Source of the DNA: Naegleria gruberi
Taxonomy: Eukaryota
Assembly: GCA_000004985.1 (NCBI GenBank)
Contig: GG738908.1
DNA: 64,000 nucleotides
Direction: 5' to 3' (one strand)
Position 1 is the first letter of the stretch. Each line of letters begins with the position of its first letter. The notes beneath the pieces are model-generated. The model worked only from the letters and a program-made list of their open reading frames with translations, had not been told where the DNA came from and did not search any database. Positions 54,842-64,000 of the stretch are shown here, in pieces. The translations under genes and the position numbers were made by a program.

Positions 54842-56074
54842 TTTTTATATTAATTCTATTCTAATCTTTCATGCTAATCAAAATCTTTTAAGAAAAATGT
54901 CGGCGGACAATTTTCAAAGTCCTCTTTGATTGAATTTCAGTTGAGGACTAAGAATCGTAATGTAGATAGTAAATTTCTAAATAAAGTACATATTATTGTT
55001 GGAAATGAGATAACCAGTGTATATTCAATCTAAATCCTAGGTCTTTTGTTGAAGTTTCGAATAGAAATCAATTACAGATCTGGACGAATCAAGTTGATTC
55101 AAATGAGAAAAGTACCAAGTTTACAATTCTCATAATTGAACGTTTAATATTCCAAAAGACCTTTTCCATTCCCAAATGAGTAAACTTCCCCTTTCGTCTA
55201 TTTTACAATATTTATGAAAATTAAATAGTGGTCGATTGAAGAAAAAACTCTCATAAAAAAACAAAACAACTCATCTCTTACAATTACCATGATTACTGTT
55301 GGTCAACCTTGCTTTTTCACCAAGTGTGTAAGTTTCGTATATCACTTTCCAGTAAAGAAATATTTTCACACAGGTCAATTAGGAGAATTACAACAAATCA
55401 TCATCTACAGTTTCAAGATTACCTACCAATATGTGTGTTTCGTCTACAGTAAGAAGATTTAACCTTCAATCTTTCTAATTTTCCTGTAAATCATCACCTC
55501 AGGAAACACTCAAGTGCCAGATGTTTTAAACGAGAAATATTTCGAATAGGAAACAATCTCCATGCGCTATCTTTCAATTATCTGGCTAGACTATTGCATG
55601 CCTGTACCTACACGTTGAATTTGCATACTTTCCTTTACAATCGAATAGTTTTTTACTTTCCTCTAGTTTCGAACATGATAAAACTTCCTTAATCATTCTC
55701 TTTCCAATAACTATGTCTATCCAATATCAGTAATATGCATTAATAGAAAGCATGTTAATGTAGAAACCATTCGAATATGTGAAAATTGTCTCCTCGCTCA
55801 CTACCTTACTAAGAAAGATGAACAATTTCGAATAGAATCAATTTATCGAACAGGCAAAATAAACGAAAATCATGAAGCGCATTGTGAAGAGACAATAAAG
55901 TTTCGTTCAAATTAATTTTTTCAACTTACTTTTATAGTATTAAACAACGTCCAAAAATAGTTACCCCACAAATTTGGGAGGAACCAAAATTTGGAAAAAA
56001 AATTTGGTGAGCTTTAAAAAGTGGTGGACAATCCCAGCAAAAACTATTCGATTGTACTTTAAAAAAACAAACAA

Positions 56075-57151
56075 ATGCCTTCTAACAACAATTTCTCTCT
56101 AATTTCACTTCTTTCCTTTACAATTTTACTTTCTCTCGCCAATTTCACCCTTTCGAATAACAATAACTTAAAGATTGCTTCCTTTAATACTGCTCTAGTA
56201 CCTGGCACACCAGTCAATGTCAAGAAAATCATAGAAACCATACCAAAAGACCTCGATGTAGTCTTTCTCCAAGAAGTTTGGCTCCAATCTCATTCCCACC
56301 TAATTGCTGAAGAGCTGAAATCCTCATATCCATACTCCTTCCATGGACACAAGGAAGTTTTGAATGAAGCATCTTGTACGGATGATTCATTCCATAGATT
56401 CGCTCTTCCTTTCCTTCATTGTGTCCGTGAAAATAATTTGACACTTTCGTGGACAACTTTGGGACCATGTGCTGAATTTTTGAGTCGAGCTGCCTATGGA
56501 AATTTTAAATGTATATCCTGTGTCCTGACATCTATCGTTGAGAATAAGAATATGGCCAATTGTTACACTCCTGGACACACAGGTCAGGAATTTCTCTATG
56601 ACGGCTCCAATGGATTGATGGTTCTGAGTAAGACACCAATCTCACGTGCCAATTACACTTCCTATCCTTCATTTTTATTGAGTAGAGGATTATTAGAGAT
56701 GTGTATCAATGGTTTATATATTATGGAATCACACTTTCCTTTTAATTTTGGGATTGACTTGCCAGTAATGTATCAACCAGAGTTTTCTAGGATGGTTATC
56801 ATGAAGAGACCTAATATCTTGGTTGGCGATTTGAATAGTGGACCAATGACGCAACCAGAAGGTTATGAGACACTTGCTGGATATGGATATCAGTCAATTG
56901 ATCCAAATAAGGCAACTTTTTGTGTGAATGGATTAAATTGGGAAAGTGGCGATTGTTCTGATGATCCAGAAAGAAATACTGGAATGGATCATATCATGGT
57001 TGATAAATTTAGTAGAATTTTGGAATGGAATTTCAATAATTCCTTCAAACTCCAATTATTTGGAGACTCAACTCCAACTCCGAGTGATCATTTGGGTATC
57101 ACAACTGAGCTGAATTATAATATGGCTAGAAAACATCCATATTGTGTCTAA
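56075..57151 (+). CDS. Secreted endonuclease/exonuclease/phosphatase (EEP) family protein (sphingomyelinase/nuclease-like)
   Basis: Signal peptide (MPSNNNFSLISLLSFTILLSLANFTLS). EEP motifs VVFLQEVW, GDLNSGP and SDHLG. Cys-rich. Single exon. Confidence 0.65.
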   Translation: MPSNNNFSLISLLSFTILLSLANFTLSNNNNLKIASFNTALVPGTPVNVKKIIETIPKDLDVVFLQEVWLQSHSHLIAEELKSSYPYSFHGHKEVLNEASCTDDSFHRFALPFLHCVRENNLTLSWTTLGPCAEFLSRAAYGNFKCISCVLTSIVENKNMANCYTPGHTGQEFLYDGSNGLMVLSKTPISRANYTSYPSFLLSRGLLEMCINGLYIMESHFPFNFGIDLPVMYQPEFSRMVIMKRPNILVGDLNSGPMTQPEGYETLAGYGYQSIDPNKATFCVNGLNWESGDCSDDPERNTGMDHIMVDKFSRILEWNFNNSFKLQLFGDSTPTPSDHLGITTELNYNMARKHPYCV

Positions 57152-57201
57152 ATAAACTAAAATAACACCTAGGTTTCTTTGAAATTCATTTACTTCTGAA
57201 A

Positions 57202-57269
57202 GTTTGTTGTAATTCGAAACTGAAAACAGTTTCTTCCTAAATTTTGTTGTAATTCGAAACTGAAAAGAT
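57202..57269 (+). repeat. Direct repeat of a 21-23-bp motif, TTTGTTGTAATTCGAAACTGAAAA, two copies 40 bp apart; a third variant copy at 57910..57935
   Basis: Copy 1 at 57202-57229 and copy 2 at 57242-57269 are identical over 23 nt. 57910-57935 reads TTTTGTTGTAATACGAAACTGAAAC. The copies lie 5' and 3' of the F-box gene 57323..57781. Confidence 0.6.
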
Positions 57270-57322
57270 TAAATTCAAACACTGATGAACTTTGCATGAT
57301 CTAAATTAAATCAAAAAAAAAA

Positions 57323-57781
57323 ATGTCATCATTTAGTGATTTGCCTCCAGAGGTGCTCATTGAGATTTTCAACTTTCTCTCCATAAAACACCTCGGAACG
57401 ATATTACAAATCGATCGGTCAACTCATAATATTGTAATGAATTCCAGAATTTTTTGGAGAAATTTATGGAATGAATATTACAATCGTCTTTTAATTCCAA
57501 ATATGATGCTGGAGATTTTGGAGAAGAAATTTGATGAAAATACAAATTCACCACAACAATTTATTGACTTGATAGAAATGAAGAAGGAAATGAAAGATGG
57601 AATTCTCAAGATTTTATCAGATTTGGAATTGGATCGAAAAGAGTGTGAAAAATCGAGGGAAGAACATGAGCAAGAGTATGGATATGATGAAACCTCATTG
57701 TGGTGGATGGAAATTATTAATGGAATTGAAAGGGATATGGAGCACTATGAGAATTTATTGAAATTGTTACAAGTTGACTAA
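57323..57781 (+). CDS. Small F-box protein (152 aa)
   Basis: F-box consensus at the N-terminus (DLPPEVLIEIFNFLSIKHL). A-rich start context (AAAAAAAAAAATG). Confidence 0.6.
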   Translation: MSSFSDLPPEVLIEIFNFLSIKHLGTILQIDRSTHNIVMNSRIFWRNLWNEYYNRLLIPNMMLEILEKKFDENTNSPQQFIDLIEMKKEMKDGILKILSDLELDRKECEKSREEHEQEYGYDETSLWWMEIINGIERDMEHYENLLKLLQVD

Positions 57782-57895
57782 ATATATATTTAATATTTTA
57801 CAATGCAATTAATTTTTCCCCTGTACTCAAATATATATCATCATACTGATATTTAATTGTAACAGAGTAAGAAATTGAAATTGTTGTTTATTCAA

Positions 57896-58825
57896 TTAAA
57901 TGTAATTATTTTTGTTGTAATACGAAACTGAAACATTCATTCCAAATCTAACATTTGCATACAATATATGAATATGATCGAGTTTTACACTTCTCAACTC
58001 TTTCATTTCACTAATTGCCTTGGAACCTTCCCTTTCAATATTTTCATTTCCATGAATGTATAAAGTTTTCAAGTTGACCAAGTTACTGAGATACTTTGCA
58101 CCCTGAGTTTGAATTTGATTGTGATCAATGGTGAGGAGAGTTAGATTTTGCATTTTTCCAATAAATTTGGCGCCTTCATCTCCAATTTCGTTTAGTCTAA
58201 TGTTTAGGTTTGTTAATTGGTTCAATTGACTAAGTGATTTGGCTCCTTCATCATTAATTCGATTGCAACTAATATTAAGAATAGTTAATTTTTGCAGTTG
58301 ACTAATTGATTTTTCGCCTTCAAAATCACCAAGTAAATTATTGGAAATGTCTAGCTCTGTTAAATTTTTCAGTTGACCAATAAATTCTGCTCCTTGATAA
58401 ATGCCATTTATAGAAATATTTAACGATGTTAAATGTTCCAATTGACTAATTGATTTGGCTCCTTGAATTCCAATATTGTTATGATTTAGAGTAAGTTTTG
58501 TTACATTTTTCATCTTTCGTAAACTTTCGACTAGTTTCTTCCTTTCGAATAAAACTTGTTCAGCAAACTTGACCATTTCAAAACAATTTAAAAATTCGCT
58601 GTTATCAATCAACGTTTCCATCTCATCACTGATCACATTAAATTCAATGGAAAATTTCGAATAGTTTCGGATAACATTCATCCATTGTTTGGAGACGAGT
58701 ATACAATTCAACAAGACAAATTTATAATCATCAGATAAATAGGAAAATATTTCTGTGCAAATTTCATCAGGAAATAATTTGTGGCTGTCTTGTTTTTCCA
58801 TTTTTTTTAAAGTTTCTAATAACAT
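57896..58825 (-). CDS. F-box / leucine-rich-repeat (RNI-like LRR) protein
   Basis: N-terminal F-box-like (LFPDEICTEIFSYLSDDYKFVLLNCILVSKQW), followed by eight or more 24-residue LRRs (LTLNHNNIGIQGAKSISQLEHLTSLNISINGIYQGAEFIGQLKNLTELDISNN...). Confidence 0.65.
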   Translation of the reverse strand: MLLETLKKMEKQDSHKLFPDEICTEIFSYLSDDYKFVLLNCILVSKQWMNVIRNYSKFSIEFNVISDEMETLIDNSEFLNCFEMVKFAEQVLFERKKLVESLRKMKNVTKLTLNHNNIGIQGAKSISQLEHLTSLNISINGIYQGAEFIGQLKNLTELDISNNLLGDFEGEKSISQLQKLTILNISCNRINDEGAKSLSQLNQLTNLNIRLNEIGDEGAKFIGKMQNLTLLTIDHNQIQTQGAKYLSNLVNLKTLYIHGNENIEREGSKAISEMKELRSVKLDHIHILYANVRFGMNVSVSYYNKNNYI

Positions 58826-59227
58826 TTTTAAACTAATTTCCTGTGACCTAGTTCATAAAAATAATATCTGATGAGAAATGAGAAAATCAAGGCACCAAAT
58901 GCGAGAAAAGTAATTTGGTTGAATTTCGAAGAAATTAAGGAAAAGGGCCGACTTTTGGCGGGAGAATCATGTGCTTCGTACACCATTATCAATGTCCTTA
59001 GTTGACCATTTTTGAATAATTTCGAAGGATTAAAAGTAATATCGATTAGCGAACTATCAATAATTTAAACAATTTCTGTGCTAAATGCAAGTTTTCACAC
59101 TCGGTATGCGAAACTGTGTGAAAATGCAATAATTGAGCAAAAATTGAATTAATTGGTTGAGAATTAATAGAAAAAAATAAGAACACTTGAAAGATAGAAA
59201 AAGTGATATTGAAAGTTTTTAAAAAGT

Positions 59228-60239
59228 GTGAAAATGAATGAGATTTTGCAGTTGACTCACGAATCGATCAAACATTTGGATGTTTTCATGTCGAATTATG
59301 TTCCTTACATGAAATCTAATATATCAACAGATTATCCAGATGATAAATTATCAGAATTGAATTTCTTTGATGGTGGAATGGTGAAATTGTGGATTTTCAT
59401 GTTGGAGAATTATTCACTCACGATGGTGACAATTGTCTTGCCATTTGTCATTTTGTTTTTGAATTATTTCATTCCTAGTGGATTGATGTGGTTGGTAGAG
59501 TGGTGCGACTTTGATTTTCTGAGGAAATATAAGATTCAACCTGTAAGTAGTTAAATTTTTATTGGAAACCTTGACGAAACTATTTCAGAAAAGGAAAAAT
59601 AGTGGAATGAAGATTGTTAAGGCAACATTCTATTTGTTATTCATTTACTTTTTGGTGATTCTTCCAATGTATGCAGTTGCTTTTCACTTTCTTACTCAAA
59701 TTGACTACTTTAGTCTCGAAGTTTCGAATATCCCAAATTGGAAAGTTCTTCTCCTTCAATTAGCTTTCTGTTTCTTCATGGAAGACACAGCTCACTACTG
59801 GTTCCATAGGTGGCTTCACACACCATGGGCCTATCACGTCATCCACAAAATCCATCACGAATTCGAATCTCCAACCATACTTTCCACTAGTTTCGCTCAT
59901 CCCTTAGAAATCTTAATACTTGGATTCGCCACCTTTCTAGGACCTCTTCTTCTCCGTCCACATTTCCTTACCCTTTTAATCTTTGTCAACCTTAGACAAT
60001 TGGCAGCTTGTGAAACTCATTCGGGCTTTGATTTCCCATTTTCTCCGAATAATTTGGCGCCAAACTTAATTGGAGGTGCAGATTTTCATGATTTTCATCA
60101 TCGTAGATGTAGTGGAGTATTTTCATCGAATTTCATGTGGTGGGATATTTGGTGTGGAACTTGTGGTGGATTCTTTGAGTGGAAACTCAAACAACAAAAG
60201 AAGAAACTAGCCGAATCGAATAAAATTCATCAAGAATAA
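59228..60239 (+). CDS. Fatty-acid-hydroxylase-superfamily enzyme, ERG25/SC4MOL-like sterol C4-methyl oxidase (sterol desaturase family), two exons
   Basis: Proposed structure join(59228..59542, 59589..60239). A 46-bp phase-0 intron (GTAAGTAGTT..TATTTCAG). Three histidine boxes (HRWLH, HKIHHE, HDFHH), plus HYWFHRWLHTPWAYHVIHKIHH. Confidence 0.8.
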
Positions 60240-60352
60240 CCTTGTAAGCATCAGTGTTCAATACTAAACACTTGACAAATATGGAACTTTATAGTTCAAT
60301 CCGGAGTTGTACTATTTCGGAGTTCACTTCCGTTAGCCACAAATTAAAAAAA

Positions 60353-63300
60353 ATGTCATCACCACAACATGCAACCCTGCTTCTCGCCTTTTTNNNNNNN
60401 NNNNNNNNNNNNNNNNNNNNNNNNNNNNNNNNNNNNNNNNNNNNNNNNNNNNNNNNNNNNNNNNNNNNNNNNNNNNNNNNNNNNNNNNNNNNNNNNNNNN
60501 NNNNNNNNNNNNNNNNNNNNNNNNNNNNNNNNNNNNNNNNNNNNNNNNNNNNNNNNNNNNNNNNNNNNNNNNNNNNNNNNNNNNNNNNNNNNNNNNNNNN
60601 NNNNNNNNNNNNNNNNNNNNNNNNNNNNNNNNNNNNNNNNNNNNNNNNNNNNNNNNNNNNNNNNNNNNNNNNNNNNNNNNNNNNNNNNNNNNNNNNNNNN
60701 NNNNNNNNNNNNNNNNNNNNNNNNNNNNNNNNNNNNNNNNNNNNNNNNNNNNNNNNNNNNNNNNNNNNNNNNNNNNNNNNNNNNNNNNNNNNNNNNNNNN
60801 NNNNNNNNNNNNNNNNNNNNNNNNNNNNNNNNNNNNNNNNNNNNNNNNNNNNNNNNNNNNNNNNNNNNNNNNNNNNNNNNNNNNNNNNNNNNNNNNNNNN
60901 NNNNNNNNNNNNNNNNNNNNNNNNNNNNNNNNNNNNNNNNNNNNNNNNNNNNNNNNNNNNNNNNNNNNNNNNNNNNNNNNNNNNNNNNNNNNNNNNNNNN
61001 NNNNNNNNNNNNNNNNNNNNNNNNNNNNNNNNNNNNNNNNNNNNNNNNNNNNNNNNNNNNNNNNNNNNNNNNNNNNNNNNNNNNNNNNNNNNNNNNNNNN
61101 NNNNNNNNNNNNNNNNNNNNNNNNNNNNNNNNNNTATTGATGGTATCAATTCTTTCACAATTACTGGCTCTACATTTGCAAACAATTCCAAATTACACAT
61201 GACAACTGTTTTCAGCTCTACCTTGAGAGGTTTGACTTTTGAGGGAAATGAAAATGTTCTTTCTGCGAAAGGAATTGGTTCTTTTACATTGGAGCATTCA
61301 AATTTTACTCGCAATGGTAATCCAATTTATATTTCAGGAAATCAATTGACAAATCAATTTAGAAAAATTAGTTTTTGTTTATTTGAGGACAATTGGTCAA
61401 CCAGCAATGGTCTTATAACATTGGAACAGTTTCCCACACATGTGGAATTTAACAATTTCAGAAATAATTGGGCAGTGAATGGAGGAATAATTTATGCAAC
61501 TAGTTCCATAATTACTTTGGATAAAAATCAGTTTGTGGATACTTATGCAAGATTCATTGAAGGTTGTTTAGTTGATAATTGTGGAAATGGAGGAATTGCC
61601 TATATTTCTAATACTATTTTGTACATGTCCAATCTCATTATTCAAAATACTCAAGCAATTAGAGGAGGAATTGTTTATTCTGAGGGAAATTCTCGAATTC
61701 AAACCCAAAATTGTGATATTTCAGATAATATTGCTTCTTTGGCTGGTAATTTATTTTACTTTGGAGATGTTATTGATTTTAATGCCCAAAATTATTCGAA
61801 ATCTGACCTGAGTTCGAGGAAAACAACTCGAGCACTTTGGAGAACGGAATCTAGTCAACCTTACGATAATCAACGAATTGCCATCCAACCCGGGCAAACA
61901 ATACAATTGGATTTTGAGTATTTTGACATGTTTGACAACAGATTCAATAGAACAAATTCTGCTCCAATTATTAAGGCAAGTGATTCATCCAACATTCTTG
62001 TATCCCTCGTTTCAATTGATCCACTTTCCAATACTGACTTTAAATTCTTCTTGCAAGTGTCAGAAACTTCAAAAAGCTCAAATATTTCAGTATATCTCCC
62101 ATTCCATGACTTTACATTTGAGATTGATATTGATATTATTGGATGCCCTTTTGATTATGGTTTATCACCACTTTTAAATTCACACTACAACGTGTGTGTC
62201 TATAGAGGTTATATTATAATTGTATTCTCCTCTATTGGCATTGCAATCATTCTACTGGTTGCAATTTATTTATTGATCTATGTTGTTAAGAGATTACTCA
62301 AATTGAGAAAGAAGGAAATGACTGAAAAGGAAATTGCACAAAAGATTATTGATAAGAATTTTGTTTTTTCTATCAATACTGATAATGAGCACACTCCATT
62401 ATTATCAAAACTGGAAGTTGCCAAGATTAGTAATATCTTAATTCCAATTGAGGATATTGAAATCATCAAAAGAATTGGAGAAGGAGCTAATGGTACTGTA
62501 TACTTAGCTAAATGGCAAGGAAATCGTGTAGCTCTAAAAAGTTTAAAATTCGAAAGGGATAGCACTGACTTTGAAAATGAAGCATCTCTCCTTAATAATT
62601 TGAGACATCCTTCTATTGTGAGATTTTATGGAATTGTAGTGTCTTCTTCAGTTAAATACATGGTTACAGAGTTTGTGGAAAATGGAAGTTTGGATGCAGC
62701 CATTCATAATTCCAAAATTGGAAAGAAGAAACTTGATTTACAAACAAAATTACAAATTTTGAGAGGAATTGCAAATGGAATGAACTATCTTCATAATTTG
62801 AAAACTCCATGTCTTCACAGAGATTTGAAATGTCAAAATATTCTTCTCAATTCCAACATGGAACCAAAGGTTACAGATTTTGGATTGTCAAAATTGACTT
62901 TAAATTCAATGACATTGACTTGCAATATTGGAACAGCTCTTTACATGGTAAGTTTTCAAATTTAAGAGAGTTAAACCGAGTCAATCATTGTAAAGTCTCC
63001 TGAATTATTTGGAAGTGGTTACAAAATTTCATACAAATTGGACGTTTACAGTTTCTCCATCATCATGTACGAATTATTCTTTGAGGAAACTCCATTCTTT
63101 AGCTCATCAGCCAAGATGAGAAAATTTATCATTTCATCCACTGAACAATCACCAGAAGATGATCATGATACAATGAATTTTGGTTTTGCAATTCCAGTAA
63201 AAGTTTCGAAAGGAGAACGGCCAATGCTTCCCTGGACTAATGATGAGGAATGTGAAATGTGGATTAAGGAATTTATAGAACCCTATGAAGGAGGAGGAGG

Positions 63301-63475
63301 AGGAAATAATAGTAGTAGCAAAAGATCTTCATCCCTATTGAAAGTATTGCAAGTTAGCTTACAATATATTAACTTGATGAAGGAATGTTGGAGTCAGGAT
63401 CCAAATCAAAGACCGAACTTTTCCCAAATTGAGACGGAATTATTCAACATGATCAATGAAATTTCCAACCAATAA
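60353..63475 (+). CDS. Receptor-like TKL protein kinase with a PMP-like/right-handed beta-helix ectodomain, a single TM and a C-terminal kinase domain; two exons, ectodomain interrupted by an assembly gap
   Basis: Proposed structure join(60353..62947, 62996..63475), with N gap 60394..61134. Likely start MSSPQHATLLLAF (signal) in an AAAAAAAATG context; the track ORF begins further upstream at 60254. The ectodomain has PMP/GGA(I/L)-type repeats (NGGIIYATSSIITLDKNQF; GNGGIAYISNTILYMSNLIIQNTQAIRGGIVYSEGNS). TM: IIIVFSSIGIAIILLVAIYLLIYVV. Kinase: IGEGANGTVYLAKW..VALKSL...HRDLKCQNILL..KVTDFGLSKL..GTALYM, then a 48-bp intron (GTAAGT..GTAAAG, 62948..62995), then SPELFGS..DVYSFSIIMYELF..CWSQDPNQRPNF. 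Confidence 0.75.
60394..61134. other. Assembly gap (741 N) inside the ectodomain of the receptor kinase gene
   Basis: Run of N characters. The X-only ORFs 60289..61314 and 60369..61202 are gap artefacts. Confidence 0.99.
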
Positions 63476-63549
63476 ATTATTCTCCTTCAACTATTTAATA
63501 TATTTAATATATTTAAAATTTAATACTTAATATTTAATTATTAAAAAAA

Positions 63550-64000
63550 ATGTTTAAACAACAAATAGTGAAAAGAACATTATCAAGCAGACTGCTTTGT
63601 ACCCTCATTAAACAATCCAAATCATCATCATCTCTAGTTATTAATCCTTCCCTTTCATTCCGTAATTTTTCTCTCATCAACAATAAGAATACAACACAAA
63701 CAACAACATCAACATCAAACTCTAAAAACGAACCTCCACAAACAACATCAAACAACACTAACACTACTACTGGTGAGGATAAACAAGTCTTTCTATCACT
63801 TGATCCGGAAACTAGAACTCTCACACTTGCCAATGAAAGAAATTTAAAAGTAGCCTTGAAGGAAACTCAAGAAAAGGTTTCAAAGGTTACGCAAACTTTT
63901 AGAACATTATTGCAGAATGCTTGGATTTTCAAGGCTTTTTCTATAATTTGTGTGTTGGGATTGTTGGTTTTGGAGGAGTACTTTAAATTGTCTCGTGTTG
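63550..64000 (+). CDS. 5' part of a gene running off the window end: N-terminal presequence-like region, S/T/N-rich linker and one TM segment; function unknown
   Basis: ATG in an AAAAAAAATG context. About 150 stop-free codons to the window edge, which is very unlikely by chance at this AT content. MFKQQIVKRTLSSRLLCTLIKQSK looks like a mitochondrial-type presequence. A hydrophobic helix WIFKAFSIICVLGLLVL follows. The antisense ORF 63534..63833 is rejected. Confidence 0.4.
   Translation, partial: MFKQQIVKRTLSSRLLCTLIKQSKSSSSLVINPSLSFRNFSLINNKNTTQTTTSTSNSKNEPPQTTSNNTNTTTGEDKQVFLSLDPETRTLTLANERNLKVALKETQEKVSKVTQTFRTLLQNAWIFKAFSIICVLGLLVLEEYFKLSRV

Noticed and set aside
54310-58670. TTCGAA hexamers inside coding regions (54310, 56150, 58546)
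   Set aside because: The palindromic hexamer occurs at about the frequency expected for this composition. Only the longer TTTCGAATAG decamer appears to be enriched.
63534-63833. Minus-strand ORF (99 aa) at the window end
   Set aside because: It is antisense to a longer, better-supported plus-strand ORF that starts at an AAAAAAAATG context. The minus-strand ORF lacks such a start.

Overview
The window is nuclear DNA from an AT-rich eukaryote, not a prokaryote. Introns are short (about 40-190 bp), AT-rich, and follow GTAAGT...AG. Start codons sit in an A-rich context (AAAAAAATG). Many predicted proteins carry poly-Asn or Ser/Thr tracts and tenascin-type EGF repeats, which fits a dictyostelid-like amoebozoan; that taxonomic call is inference only. 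There are no bacterial operons, CRISPR arrays or IS elements. I can support about 28 protein-coding genes, one dispersed 5S rRNA gene and three runs of N (assembly gaps). Coding genes, in order: a protein-kinase C-terminal fragment; a small secreted Asn/Ser/Thr-rich protein; a 5.8-kb intronless ORF with three bacterial-like right-handed beta-helix (DUF1565/pectate-lyase-like) modules; an MFS transporter; an inverted pair of near-identical ankyrin–coiled-coil–protein-kinase–PARP genes (copies at 10466-14954 on the minus strand and 34341-37070 on the plus strand) flanking about 19 kb; a four-exon G-alpha subunit; a syntaxin-like SNARE; a giant G8/beta-helix/EGF/VWD transmembrane protein with an apparent frameshift; a receptor with a Cache-like ectodomain and a degenerate class-III cyclase-homology domain; a GT10 fucosyltransferase; a GPI-anchor-like secreted protein; two tandem 7TM-RGS receptors; a CTL/SLC44-like transporter; an RCC1-repeat protein; a CAP-domain/EGF/mucin transmembrane protein; two convergent P450s (one with two introns, one intronless); an EEP-family secreted phosphodiesterase-like protein; two F-box proteins; an ERG25-like sterol C4-methyl oxidase; and a receptor-like TKL kinase with a PMP-like beta-helix ectodomain. 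The most unusual things are the kinase-PARP fusion and its inverted duplication, and a tandem array of 47-bp intron-like units (each GTAAGT...TAG plus 3 nt). All splice coordinates were derived by hand from the sequence and ORF track and may be off by a few nucleotides.
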